Source of the DNA: Raillietiella orientalis
Lineage: Eukaryota
Length of the DNA: 64,000 nt
Direction of reading: 5' to 3'
Assembly: GCA_036172245.1 (NCBI GenBank)
Contig: JAYWIR010000020.1
Coordinates: forward strand, 2,604,001 to 2,668,000
Part shown: positions 51,708 through 64,000 of the stretch, in pieces
Numbering within the stretch: the first letter of the stretch is position 1
Layout: the number at the start of each line of letters is the position of its first letter
Position numbers and translations under genes: made by a program
The notes under the pieces: generated by a model
Seen by the model: only the letters and a program-made list of their open reading frames with translations
The model's database searches: none
Told to the model about the DNA's origin: nothing

Positions 51708-52630
51708 CGAGGCTCATCTCAAAATTAAGTGCGGATAGGACATAAAAAAAACAACAAAGAGACACAAAAGTGTATTCGTGGTTGTTCTAAACACACAGTC
51801 CCCACTTCATTTTTCCACGTGGTCACCATTTCTTTCCAACCACTTTTGATACCGTGGAAGAAGCCTTTTGCAACCCTCTGCATGAGATTCCGCCGCCTTC
51901 AGCACTGCCGTTTTCAACTCCCCACCTTGTCGTTCACCTCACCTCGAATCGTTGAGCCACTTCTGGGGGTGCAGGGAGGAAGACGTGGTAGTCAGCTGGC
52001 AGGACTGTAAAGTGGGTGGTCGAAAAGTCCCCGTCTGAATTTCCGAATTGCCTGGAGTGTGCGGACAGCATGTGTTGTTGCCAAGGCGTGCGTTGTCGTG
52101 AAGGAAAAGAACGGTTCCGGACCTCAGCATTCCACGTCGTCGGTTCTGCTGAAGTTTGGAAAGCGTTCTACACAGCAGACTTGCCACGTGATGGCTGTTC
52201 CAGGCTCCATAAAGTCCACCAAAAGCGCACCCTTTTGGTCCCACACACTGCCGCTGTCCGCACACTCCAGGCAATTCGGAAATTCAGATGGGGACTTTTT
52301 CGATCACCCACTTTACAGTCCTGACCTCGCACCCAGTGGCTACCACGCCTTCCTGCACCTCCAGGAGTGGCTCAACGATTCGAGGGGGGAAAGTGAGGAG
52401 TTGAAACCTCGGTGCTGCTGAACCGGCTGAACTCCCAGGCGGAGAATTTCATGCAGAGGGTTAAAAGAAAGCTCTTTCCACGGTGTCAAAAGTGGTTGGA
52501 AAGAAATGGTGACCACGTGGAAAAATGAAATGGGGACGTATGTGTTTAGAACAACCACGAATACACTTTTGTGTCTCTTATTTGTTCTTTCTTTACATCC
52601 GATCCGTCCTTTCTTTTGAGATGCGCCTCG
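51708..52630. mobile_element. Fold-back mariner derivative (MITE-like) made of two inverted 3' ends
   Basis: TA TSD (51706-07, 52631-32) and termini CGAGGCTCATCTCAAAA / TTTTGAGATGCGCCTCG. Arms 51708-52069 and 52253-52630 are inverted copies. Mariner motifs: VLFLHDNAR (minus strand) and HPLYSPDLAPSGYHAFLHLQEWL (plus strand). Confidence 0.92.
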
Positions 52631-53499
52631 TAAATCGACTGATGCTGCACTTTTTTAATTCTTTGATTTAAACGGAACATTTTTCCTCTGTACATCACGT
52701 TACAGCATTCATAAATAGGATCACGTGTTGGCTTCTCCCGGGAAAAATAACCAATCGTCACATGAATGCCAGCTGCCACGATGCGCTTAATTAAGCAGCA
52801 TCCATCTGATAAGATGCCACGTGATATATGGGCATGCAGGTAGCTAAATCATGTTTATACAATTGCGTATGTAATAATTACTCACGCGACAGCATAAAGC
52901 AGTTTCTTTTGTTCTTTCTCGCTAACCGCTCCTGAGGAATTATTTCCAACTGTTGGGTTTGTTATTAATTTCGTTTGCTAGCGATCTATCAGCTCATTCA
53001 CATCTGGTGAGTCCAGTTTCAGTCCTCTTCCGTCCAAAATGTGCTTCCCGAGTCCTTCTCATCCGCGACAGTCGGTCATCAACACTGGCATAATGCAGTT
53101 TTCCGTGCACCCACCCGGGAATGTTTCTCTTCCACGTAAAAGGTGTCGGAACTCTCAAAAGCAAGGAGCGTGGTCCATTTAAGGAGCATCGTATCCTTTC
53201 GAAAAGAAGCATTTTTTCTTCTTCTTCTTCGGGATGTCGAACAACCAAGTCCTTTGCCACCTGCACAAATGCCATCTCTGGGCTCAAGTTTGCTGAGGGC
53301 CACTCCTTGCTTTCCCCGCCTGACCTCTCGCCAACAAAGATTTCTCGTTTGCCTCTTTTGGTCCAGTTGCAGCAAAGTAGCAGCTCCATCCATCTGACTT
53401 CCGTTCCTCGCAGATGCAAAAAACTTGCTTCCCGTTCTGCTCTCTTTCCAGGAGCAGCAAAAAATGATGGGGGCGAGTTTTGCACTAGAAGATGGCCAC

Positions 53500-54100
53500 C
53501 ATAGTTCAAAATAGTGGGGTTAGGAGAAGACAGCAAAGAGGCTTCTTGGTGATGGAAAATCGGAAGCCGTCAACTCTGCGATACCGCCCTTCCTTCTAGG
53601 ATTGGCTTCGGAGAGAGCAACAGCGAGCCGTTTCCAACGCTAGCCGTCCATGTGCACCGTTTTTCCAGACCTCCCAAACGGACGATACGTGCAGACGACC
53701 ACCAGCTTTGGGATTGGATTGCTCGATCACTAGGGTTTCCTTCTTGTAAGCAGCGATCGGTTGCATCCCTGAAGAACCTAATGGCAATGACTACTACTCC
53801 TTTTCGGAATTCTTGCAGCGGGGACAAGGAGAGTGGCGAATAAGCCACAGGTGGTCACACGGAAGGGCATCGCAAGGCCACAAGGGAGGAAGCGGATGTC
53901 AAGAATCCACGCATCTCTTCAGGAAGATTCAGTTTGGTCCACAATCTCTCTCTCTTCTGCCAGTCCACCTCCCGAATCGTGGACGAAGTCAGAGACCTTG
54001 CCTTCGGGAGTTTGAGCACTTCGGCGGACATGGTGGTTCCCCAAGAACCCGTCATCCTCATGCCGAAAACTCTCTCTCCCCGTGAGACTCTTCTTCGCAG
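53500..54100 (-). mobile_element. LINE zf-RVT relic
   Basis: VDWQKRERLWTKLNLPEEMRGFL resembles W..IW...LP.K.R.FLW. Confidence 0.4.
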
Positions 54101-54290
54101 TTTTACCAGGCAAAGGCACGAGCTGAACCCGGGTTCAATTCCAGCTCTGGCATTGTGAAAAGTTCCTCACTGGTTGTTCGAGTGGACCGTATTCGTGTCT
54201 CTCCTACAAGTGGGTAAATGTAGGAGCCAACTATGGGCTGCCATCCTGGAAGTGAGGTGATCTTGCAACCTAACCTGTCGGTGACACTTC
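54100..54290 (+). mobile_element. Possible second tRNA-derived SINE
   Basis: B-box-like CCCGGGTTCAATTCC at ~54128-54142. It is a single copy and the A box is not clear. Confidence 0.3.
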
Positions 54291-55399
54291 CCTTTTTGTT
54301 TTCTGTGTGTGTGTGTGTGTTTTGGGGGAGATTAGTTGCCAACCTGCTTGTTTATTTTTGTCTAAATAAACGACCAGAAGGGACCGGGTGAAAAACCGTG
54401 GCAGGCAACGATCCGTTCTTTCAGAGAAGGGGAACCGAGGGAATTGCCAAACAGAAGTTCCACTGACCGCACTCTGATGTTCTTTACCGTCTTCATTCTT
54501 ACTAGAAAGATCCCATCACGTGTCCCTTCTATTATCTTTTTCCCTGGGAGTCCTGCTGCCCTCTGCTTTTGGAGAAATCATCTGGAGCTTTTAACAGAAG
54601 ATGGAGTCGATCAGCCTTCCTTTCGCACCAGAAGTCGAGTGTTACCGGTAGCACTCCAGCATCAGGCATGCCTCCTTCCTATTCGAAGAAAGAAGTTTCA
54701 TAAGAAACCTTCATGGGAGCCTATGGAGAGTTTTAGGAAAGCGAAAATCCATCATCAAGAGCATAAGGAAAAATATGGGATCTTCCAGCATCCCTCATCC
54801 TCGGATTCCTCCCAGCACCCGTGCTGTTGTTGCCGCGGGAGGAGTGAATCGGAAGCATTTTGCTCTGCGGGCATTTCGGAAGTCTACGAAGTCTCTGCAT
54901 TATGCTTGAAACCATAGGCGACGGAAAGCAGCATCTCTTCTCCGATTTCTCCCTCCAGCTCACAGAGTCTGGTCGGTTCTGAAGGCTGCAAAGAGAGGAG
55001 GAGAAGGAATTTTCCCAAGAGTAGGAGCTGTGTGGAGGGGAGGAACAGATCTGAAGCGAAGGAAAGAGTCTCCCACTGACGCCAAATGTCTCCAGACTTG
55101 GGACGTCGGTGCGGCTGCAGCTGCAGTCGAGTTCACGCACTTTTCCTGCATCCGCTTCCCCTTTATCATCCAACCCGCCAGCTGCACCTCCGTGTGCTAC
55201 TTCTGCCTTGAGTTTGGAAATTGATGGTAAGAATCATATGGGAGATGTATAATGAGAAAAGTCCTTACTTCTGGCACTGAGCCTCCACGCATCTCCCATC
55301 CTACGAGCCTCTCTGCACTCATAGGAGCTCGGGGATGCGATCTCGCCTTACATCCCGGCGTTTAAGAGAGAAGGAAGCAGGAGAAAGAGAGAGAAAGGA

Positions 55400-55568
55400 T
55401 TTTTTTTCCTCCTCTCCTTCTTCCTTTCATCTTCCTTCTCCTTTTTCTCTTCTCCTCCTATTCTCCTCCCTTCCTATTCTTTTTCCTTCCTTCCTCCTCT
55501 GCCTCCTCCTTCTCTTCCTCTTTTCACTTCCTCCCTTGCTCCTTTCCCACTTTTCCTTTTCTAGAAAA
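55400..55568 (+). repeat. Polypyrimidine (CT-rich) tract ending in TTTTCTAGAAAA
   Basis: About 160 nt almost purely C/T. Confidence 0.9.
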
Positions 55569-55569
55569 A

Positions 55570-58330
55570 AAAAGTGAAAGAAAAGGAAAAATATCAAGGT
55601 GGTACAGGAAGCAGAGGGAAAAGATTCGCAAGCGGACAGCTGGGGGACCAAAGGGGTGGTTGTCGCTGCCCCGAAGTCTCGTGCGGTGCCGCTCAGCTGC
55701 GTGCGTGCTGCGTGCCTACCGGTCGTCATCCCGGAGACGGGGAAGCGGACAGGCGGGGAGAGCGCGAGAGTCGGCAGGCACGAGGGAGGACCCGTCCGCT
55801 GAACGGCTCCAGCATCAGGCAGCAGCCTCTCGGGAGCTGGAAGGCATACGAGGGAGGAGAGAAGATGCTGGAGAGCCGTACCACCGTTTCGAAATGCGGC
55901 CGCAGGGGCCTACAGGAGGCCCTGGGGAGCGTACGCGCTCACTCCAGACAAGGTGAGTGACAGTTCGACGCTCCTCGCCGCCCAGCGCCTCCCGGGGCAG
56001 CCGCGGGGCGGCGGCCGCAGGTGGGACGGCTGCTGGCGTGGAGAAGAAGGCGGGCGCTTCCGCGGGCGGCGCTTTTCCTTGTGTCTGCGGGCGGCTGCGT
56101 GAGGACTCCCTCACGCGCGTGCGGAGTGAGGCGGGAGCGGATAGAGAGGCGCGCGCGAAGGAGGGAAGAGGAGTCCCGTAGGACCCACAAGCGGGACGCC
56201 GCGGGCACTCATCCCGATAGGGGTCCCGGCAGCCCGAAAGGGAGAAAAGGAAGACTTCGTGGGCGCGTCTTCCATCCTCTCTCGTCAGCGCGCCACCTTC
56301 GCGTGCCCCACCTTTGATCGAGTATGAGTCTCCTCTTCTTCCTTTACTCCTTTACTCCCTTCTCCTTTTCCTCTTTCCTCCCCTTTCACCCTTCCTTCTC
56401 CTCCTTTCTTCATTTCTCATCCCCCTCTTTTTCTCCTCTTCCTCCTTTCCCCCCTTCCTTGTTTTGCTTCTTCCTCCGCCCTTCCTCACTTCCTCCTTCC
56501 CTTTTCTCCCTTCCTCCCTCCTTTCTTCTCCCCTTTTCTAGAAAAAAGGAAAGGAAGGGACCGAGGTGGAACTTTCTTTCTTCACCGGAGGAGGAACTGC
56601 CGGTGCGCGTCTCAAAGCGGGAAACGCAGCGAAGGAAGAGGAGAGCCTCCTGCTCCCGCCCAGCCGCGTTCCACACGCACGATCGTGGTTCCTCCGCGGC
56701 TCTGCCCCTGCCTCTGTTCTCGCGCTCTCGGACGTCCTCGGGCCCGCGACGGCAGAGGCGAAGGGAAGGGCGAGAGAGTCGGGGGGGGAGGGTCCCAGCG
56801 TCCGAACGTCCCCTCAGGCGGAGGAAGTCTTCTTGGAGTGGCGGCGATGGGGAAGGTCTTAGTGCGGCCAGCCCTGCGACACGAAAGGACAGGTGAGCAT
56901 CGCATGAGGTCGAGGACGCGCATCTCCTTCTCCTTCTCTACCCTCTCCTCCCGCCTCGGCTCCTCCAGGAAGAACGCGAGCCCAAGGAGCCACTCCCTCC
57001 ATTCCCTCTCTCCGGCGCGGCGGCTGGATGCAGGGAATTCCTCCTTCCCCGCCCTTCTCAACTCCGCGCGCATATCCTGGCAATGACCGAGGGCGAAGGA
57101 CGAATTGAGGGGACGCCGCTTCCCGGAAGGCGGAGACGAGGCTCAGCTTCCAAAGCAGGGAGAAGAGGGAAAGGGGAGCCCTTCCTTCTCCGACCCCACA
57201 TCCTGTCGAACGGTCCCCCGAGAGCAACGCTGAGTCACCCTGCGGGCGTCCAGGAGCGTCCGTCGCGAAGGTCGCGGCCCGCAGGGGACGGCGGGGGCGG
57301 CACGGCAGGTCTCCTTTCCCGGCGGACGCCGCTCGCCCCGGAGGCTTCTCCTCGCACCGCCCGACCCCGGAGAGGCCTCCGTGATTGGCCAGCCTCTGGA
57401 GCCGCACTCGCGGGCCTCCCGGCCATGGCGCGCCCAAAGGGAGCGCTGGAGGTCGCGTGGGACATCCGGTCAACAGAGGAGCCTCGGAATGCAGGGGAGA
57501 ATCGCGCCAAAGAGTTGGGCAATCCGAGAGAGTACGAGCTCCCCTCTCCATGGCGACGGCGCTGCGACCGCACTTGCTTCGAGGACCTCCCCTGTTCCCT
57601 GACGATGATCTCCTGACCTGCGTTCCTGGCGCGAGGCTGAGGCCGGTTCAAGGGGATGCAATAGCACGCTGCTCGGGAAGGCGGGTACTGGGGAGGACAC
57701 GTACCTCAGGTGTGATGCCTGAGAGCGGCGGGAGTGCCCGACGCCGATTTGGCTCGGGAGGGAGGGAGAGGGGGGAGGAGGAATTTGGAAACCTTTCCTC
57801 GTCTCTCTGGCAACCCGGCGAGCAAGACTCCTGGAAGCGCCCCCCCTCCTCCATCAGGAACTCCGGAGGGAGGCCGCGTCCCGAATCGCGCCGGTGGCCG
57901 AACGATGCAGGGTGTGACCCGTGCCAAGGAACGTTCCGCACGAGGAAAAGCGGACGCTGTGGCCTCACTGGTCGTGCGCTCACATGAGCAGCGAAGTGCG
58001 GCGAAGAGGTCTCAAGGTGAATCCGCTGTTGGGCAACCGAAGCGGGATGAGAGAGAGTAGGGTAGCCATGGGCATGCTCTGCCCTGCTGCCAAGGAGACC
58101 GAAGACTTTGGAGCTGCACGCGGCCTCACTGCTGGCACGGGAGTTCCTCCGTTACCGGATCCCCTTCCTCTTCTGTCTCGAGAAGGACGAGCCCAACAGT
58201 GGCGAGATTTATGATCTGCCGGTCCGGACGAGGAACTTCGGATGACGAGAAAACGGACGGAAGATGGAATGATGCGAGTCTCAGATTAAGGCGCCCTAAC
58301 GGAGGCTGCCTCTGGGGCATTCTGCGAGGC
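55570..58330 (+). promoter_or_regulatory. GC/CpG-rich island with plus-strand splice donors; probable promoter and first exon(s)
   Basis: High CpG density; AAG|GTGAGT at 55953, CAG|GTGAGC at 56893; CCAAT (ATTGG) at ~57384. Confidence 0.6.
56325..56545 (+). repeat. Polypyrimidine (CT-rich) tract ending in TTTTCTAGAAAA
   Basis: About 210 nt almost purely C/T. Confidence 0.9.
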
Positions 58331-58600
58331 GGTAAAAATGAACGAATGAATCAAACAAATAAAGGATAGACCTGCGTACTTCCTGCTTCCCTATTTTTTA
58401 TGCGCGCATGAGCTCTCCAAAAACACCTGAAAGAAACGAGGCTGAGTGTGTCTCTCGGAAAAGGAAGCCTTTGCGACTGCTGACAACCCACGGGTCTCTG
58501 AAGATCGTACAGAAGTTCGTCTCCGTTTTTTTCTTTTCAGAAGACTCACATTTGTCAGATCGTGGATCAGATAGCTTCTTCTTAGCTAAATGTTGTCGAC

Positions 58601-58755
58601 GTTACGGACCGAGAGAAACTGGGTGGATAGGCGGCGGGCAGAAAAGAAGAGATGCGTTGTGGAGGAGACGTGCCGTGGTAACGGATTAAGAGAAACGGGG
58701 TGGATAGGCGACGGGCAGAAGAGGAGAAGCGGAGCTCTGTGGAGGCGACGTGCCG
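58601..58755 (+). repeat. Tandem duplication, 2 x ~77 bp
   Basis: ACGGA..AGAGAAAC.GGGTGGATAGGCG.CGGGCAGAA..TGTGGAGG.GACGTGCCG occurs twice. Confidence 0.88.
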
Positions 58756-58979
58756 AATTTCGCATTTGCAAACAGAGAGAGATTGCAAATTGAGACATTT
58801 GCAAACCCATCTCGGTGTGGTGGTCCCTATCAGGAAACCTACTCCCACCTTACATGGAAGTTTCTCGCCCGGAAACTTCCACGAGGATCAGACGACTCGA
58901 GGTGGGTTCAAGAATCCCTTTCGAATCCTGGAATCTTGGCAGCGAATTCCGCCGTGGCAAGTTTCACTTTCAGTATGGA

Positions 58980-59500
58980 TCAGCTGAAACACGGAGCCAC
59001 GGTAACAGAAACTTGGCTGCATCCCTCGGCCGCTTGCAGAGCGATGTCTTCGGCACGTCGGGCAGGTACGAAACTGCCAGCACTCCAAGCACCCAGCCAT
59101 CTCTCCTTTCGAAGCTCCACTCCCTTGTTCCTTTCCCTAGTTGACGTCACCAGTAGCGGTAGGCGGAGATGTTCGCTGTGGACCGCGAAAGAGCCATGCT
59201 CTTTTGTCTTGTCACTTAGGGACGGGTCCATTAACAACAGACCGTTTGCTGCCATCATCAGCAAGCAGTTCCCGCTCTCGGAGTGGCGACAAGCAGCGGA
59301 TTCACGTGGACTCTGCTCAACAGAACTCGCAGCGACTGCCCAAGTTTGCCCTTTCCCTGCCCTCCCTTTCGACGAAGCAAATGCGGAGCGGTTCAGAGCG
59401 GTTTCTAAGCTCTCGGAATGAAGTTCCTCAGCTTTGCTGAGCGATGGTCGGAGACATCTCAGTAAAGCTAGGCATGGCAAGGCAGGACAAGCCATTTGCA
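58980..59500 (-). mobile_element. Possible LINE RT C-terminal relic
   Basis: AANGLLL..DKTKE (~NGLxLNxxKT) and RWLGAW (~KYLGVW). Confidence 0.3.
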
Positions 59501-60279
59501 GTCAGTGATGAGATTCCTGCTCCATTTGGAAAAAAAACGGGAACGCAACTCCTAAAAGGCAGCAGCAGATGAAGACCTGTTTTTTGTTTTTTTTCTCGAA
59601 GCGACAGTGGGAGTCATCATCTCATTGACCATCACTGTGTACTCTGCCTCTGCCTTTCGGGAAGTAAGGGATGTGGGAGCTCTTGAATGCTGAAGATAAA
59701 AGTGTGATGAAGAGTTGCTTCCGCGGAAGAGGCAGCACTTCCCGATGGAGGATTCTGTAGCCGGTCCAGGGAAGCCAAAAACCATCTTCTTATTCCTGTG
59801 GTATGTCTGTCATAAGAAGCCCACAACTTGTGGTTGCTTTATCTCGCTAAAAAGTCATTCTTAGAGATTCGGGCTTAGAGTAGTCAGGGTTCTCTGCTCT
59901 GAGCATTAGTAACGACTAATGACCATTCTTGCCAGATCACTGACCGTGGAACTGGTGGCTGTAAGAGATCTCCCTTCCACTATTAAACGGACCGGGCATA
60001 ATGCGAGCAGCTACCACAAAAACCAAAACAGGTTGTAGAATTCTTTTCCTTCTTTTCGAGGAGGCTGGGTCGATCTGGTTTCCACGCTTTCGCTCGGGAA
60101 GCGGGATGCAAGAAGATGCAGACATGTCTGAAGAAGAGTTCCCAGAGAAGTCGATGCAGGCAGGAGAGGTTGCCTACAGGGTGTGCCGTGGAAAGTTCTT
60201 TCTTTCTTGTTCCTTGAATTCTGCGGATCCTTTTCCCCGCTTGGTGAGCCACGAGAAGAGCTGAGAACGCTGCTCTGTG

Positions 60280-60640
60280 TCCTTGCACTCGAAATCTTAG
60301 TGTATCTGTGAGATGATTCATCGCCGATGCTCCCATAGGACTGGAAAACAGTTCCAGACACTTCATCGGAAGATATTGGCGCTTCGTGCTCAGCATCACC
60401 TTCGAATTGAAGAGAAGGTTGCGAAAAAGATGTGGGAAGAAACCTCGGATACATGAAACCTCTGTAAGAAGCCGAGAATCGCTGAGATGATGCGGAGCTG
60501 ACCGTTTTTTAGGAGACAGGATAAAGGAGTCTTACGCTGGCTCCTCCATTTTAATATCTGACGTTGCGCACGTGTTTCCTCGTATGTAAAACGAAAAATT
60601 AGCAACTCCAAGAGAGCTCTAGCACCATCCAAGAAATTTT
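60280..60640 (-). mobile_element. Possible RTE-like C-terminal relic
   Basis: RFTYEETR (~LTYGxETW) and QLRIISAILG. Confidence 0.28.
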
Positions 60641-61271
60641 TGCTGCAAAAGTGTGACTTGTGGCGGCATGCGAGGTTCTTTCACAACCACGAGCTGCCTA
60701 AGAGAAAGACAGAGAGAGGGGGGGGGGGGGAACTAGCGGAAGGCCAGAAGCCCTCGTTGAGGCTGCTCTGATTTAGAACAATTATCATGAATAAGGAAGT
60801 GTTCCAGATGGCAGAGGATCATTTTAGTATTTTGTTTTTTTGCTTACATTAGTATCCAACAAAATGGTAATGGCCCTAAAGTGCTTTTGATTCTGGCTGC
60901 TTGGTTATGTAACATGGTAAAAGGTGCATTACTGACAGGTGACATTGATAGGCGGGGGTATAATAGAGGGGGAAAGCAGAACTCTAAGTCCAATTAGTAA
61001 TCTCTTGCGTGCTCAACTCAACCCTTGAATGAACTGACTTCAGTGGGTCTTCCTTACTCCTTCCGAGAGTCGACATGGCCGTTTCCGATTTGAGAAGCTG
61101 TGAAAGAAGCAGTTTGTTAAGCAGCAGATCCACAGGATCCTATTCTCACCTTTCGACCTCGGTTTCTCCGATTCCTCTTCCTGCACCACATACCGAGGAT
61201 TCACAAAAGAATTCACCTCATGAAAATTAGAAGCTCAAAAAACAGAGCTCTAGGAAGAATCTTCAGGAGTA

Positions 61272-62530
61272 GGGAGCCGCGTGTAGCGTACTGCAGGCAG
61301 GTCAGCCTGGAGAGGTGGCAGAACGTTGCAACGGTGGATGCAAAACTGCAGCCCGGGTGAGCTGCTCTGCCAGCTGGCATTGGGGGCTATCCCTACCAAG
61401 CATTGAGGGTTCGAATCTCTCCCGGGGAAAGGTCGACGCGGAGACATGGGTGCGTCGTGGGTTTCGGTTACCCCTTGCAAGATGACTCTGGCTGGCCTTA
61501 GAAGCTTCGGGTGCGGCACTGGTTGATACCCGGTCACGCCGGGGCGTTTATTTATGAAAAATAAATGTACATGCTTGTAACAGGACATTTGATCCTGCTA
61601 CGTTACTCATGAATACGAGAAGAACCCGCCGGGAACTGGCACGCAGGCCAGCGAGGTTCGCCTCGACAGTTCAAAGGAAGGGGAGACAAACGAAAAGAAA
61701 AAAAAACAAAAAACACATAGTCAAAAAAATGGGAGAGGTTCGAGAAGGGAACACTGTGTGCTGGAGGGTGTCCCCTGCATCCTTGTAAGGATTTCCACAA
61801 GTTCCTGTTTCAAGACTCCCAGATGGGGCCATCTTGACGCTGTCCTCATGAAGAGGACAGCAAAGTAGATGGTGTCCCTGTCGTTGTGTCCTCCTCTGAC
61901 GTTGCTCCATGCAGCCATGGTCCCGCTTCGTGGGCAACAAAGTGCTGCTAGGGATGTGGTCTGCCGGCATGAAGGCGTCGCGCAGGAAGAGGAGCTTTCA
62001 AACGTCTCTGACGTTACTGCCGAGGTTCCCAGGGTGGTAGCAAAGCGTCCCCAAAGAGGGCGGCACTGGTGGTAGCCGGAAACCTACGGATGCTCCCGTT
62101 GGCTGTCCGGGATCAAATGTTGACCCTTCGGGATCCTTCCAGGAATCGAGGAACCCTTCGGAGTTTCCCTGCCGGTTGTGGAAATGCCTTCCGGAGGGAG
62201 TCCCCATCGTGTACTACGGTGCTGGTGGCCTTCTCTCCAGAGTGTCAAGGAGAGTGGGCTGCTCCCTTCGAGGAGAGGTCCTTCGGAGAAAATTTGCAAG
62301 CGTTCCTTTGGGGTTCTCTTCAGAGGAGAAAACCAGGAGCGGTTTCCTCCAGAGAAGAAATTCCGGGAGAGGATCTTTTCCAGGAGGTCCCTCCAGAGAG
62401 AGTAAGGTAGAGTTTAGCTTCTCAATTCCTTCGGAGGCATCCAGGGTGAGAGTGAGGGAGGGATTAACTCGTTTGATCCCCGGAGCCCTTCCTGGACTCA
62501 CAGAGTGCTCCCTCCCGACTGGGAGAGCAC
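61272..62530 (+). mobile_element. SINE-like family S, copy 4, interrupted by a LINE insertion
   Basis: B-box-like GGGTTCGAATCTC (~61407); GTGCGTCGTGGGTT..TGCAAGATGAC..TTCGGGTGCGGCACTGGT matches copy 1; the body resumes at 62060. Confidence 0.72.
61524..62059 (-). mobile_element. 5'-truncated LINE 3' end, family L, copy 3, with 11-bp TSD
   Basis: Homologous to 14650-15151, and flanked by GCGGCACTGGT at 61513-61523 and 62060-62070. Confidence 0.88.
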
Positions 62531-64000
62531 GGGAAAATTTTCCAAACCTTTCACCTTCAGTGGTTTTCTCTTTCTCCTCGATCTCTTGGAAATCAGCTCC
62601 AAGCAGTCTCTCCTACCAGCAGCAGCCGCAAGACGCGTGGTAGATGCTCAGAGGCTGGGATAAGTGCTGCGAAGCCCCTTTGAGGAACTTCCTTTTGGGG
62701 ATTCTGCAGCTTCGCTGCATCCATCTGTCGGATCCGAGCCTGAAACTGAGGGGCGCCGTCTCTCGCCTTCCAAACGATGGCACTGCCGAGCTTGGAAGGC
62801 GAGTTGATCACTAAGTTGTTAAGGCCGCTTTTCCATTCTTTTTTTTCTTTTTTTTTATCCTTAGGCCTTCCTCCCTGCGTCTTTAGCAGGGCGATTACCA
62901 GTGAAATCGCGATTTCGCGGCTCGCAGTTCCCCTTCATCTCGTGATGTGTTGCCACATCTCAGTCGGAATGTGGAATTCGCACAAACAGATTCTTCTCCG
63001 CAACCTTTCTTGGAAGAATTACCTGATCTCTCCGCTGATTAGCTCTCGCTTCCCGCCTCAAGGACTCCGCCCCTTATCTGAGATGCTGCACGGCACCAAT
63101 TGATCACTGCTGCTCGTTCTCATCCCTTCCTGCTCCCACTCCATTGCTGCTGCCCGGGACTATTTCGAAGGTTCCCTCCTCCTCCGCAGGCGATTTGCTC
63201 CCGTTATCTCCGCGACCTATATCCCCTCAGGCGCCGCGGTCCTGTGCCTGGCTCATCAGAGATGCCTCCGGGTTTCCTCAGGCACCCCACCCCACCCCTC
63301 GCATTTTCAGATGAAGGAGCATTAACTTTACCATTTGCCCGGAGGTTCCGCCACTCTCGCTGCAAAGCGAGCATCCGATCCCGAGGCGTTGCGCGCTTCT
63401 TCGCCTCCCACGTTTGACTCCAGAATCCACGGGGAGGCTTCGAGGAGGTCTCTCCTTCTTGCAACCGGAACGGGACGCGTGCAAAGAAGAGAGTTGCCTC
63501 CGCTGTGAGGATTTCCCGAAGAGGAAGGAGCATTCCCTGCCCTTCCGCGAGTCCTGTTCCATCCGGTCTCATTTCAGAGGATACCGGAAGATTTTTCTTC
63601 CTTCTGTTACTATGACATCGGACGCTCACGTCCATGCTTCAGCAGCGGATTTCTCGGAGACGAAGAATACGGCGGCCGTCAAGATTTGGAGCCAAGACGG
63701 ATGAACGGCAGCGACGTCCGAGCATCATGAACTGTCATCTCTGCTGCAAACGCTGCAAGACTTCCCCACGGATCTCATTCTCGTGTTCCCATTCTTTTTC
63801 TGCAAACATTTCCAGCCGCAATCCTGAACCTGCTGAACGGTGCTGCATCACATGGGCAAGGTGACTGGGTTCTTTGAATCCATTTCTCCCTGCGGGGGGA
63901 GCAGGAGCGACGAGATTCGAGACCACGGAACTGCCTGAGGTCGCTGTGGTGCGCTCGACAACCGGGAGCTGACCTGGTCCGACACTTGGATCCAAGGGAA

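Noticed and set aside
55335..58214. Many overlapping 70-230 aa ORFs
   Set aside because: Explained by high GC and CT low-complexity sequence; no recognisable protein.
58601..58755. CRISPR-like array
   Set aside because: Only two imperfect units, no spacers, no cas genes, and a eukaryotic context.
61630..61670. HDV-like ribozyme in the LINE 3'UTR (CCTCGCTGG on the minus strand)
   Set aside because: The nested double pseudoknot could not be built by eye, and such ribozymes usually sit at LINE 5' ends. An Infernal search would be needed.
62570..64000. LINE ORF1/endonuclease 5' region on the minus strand
   Set aside because: Only one weak motif (FFQE) was seen, which is insufficient.

Overview
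Eukaryotic (animal, probably arthropod) genomic DNA. It is mostly decayed transposable elements, with two GC/CpG-rich promoter-like islands (~36.2-40.3 kb and ~55.6-58.3 kb) and a few candidate minus-strand exons that I cannot assign to a known gene. No intact long CDS, rRNA, genuine tRNA gene or CRISPR array is supported. Best-supported elements: two piggyBac derivatives with TIRs and TTAA-type target sites (17480-18403, 20015-21365); a fold-back mariner derivative made of two inverted 3' ends (51708-52630); a NeSL/Utopia-like REL retrotransposon fragment (~23.6-24.8 kb); a Tigger/pogo relic; and many LINE relics. Two repeat families can be defined from this window alone. One is a tRNA-headed SINE-like family of variable length (4 copies). 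The other is an L1/Tx1-like LINE 3' end (3 copies) whose 3'UTR keeps four stem-loops, with compensatory changes in one of them. One LINE copy sits inside a SINE copy with an 11-bp TSD, and the empty site is visible in another SINE copy. There is also a recent 137-bp inverted duplication of a candidate exon. All protein-family calls are by-eye motif recognition on degenerate frames; no searches were run. I found no evidence for a wholly new protein-coding system.
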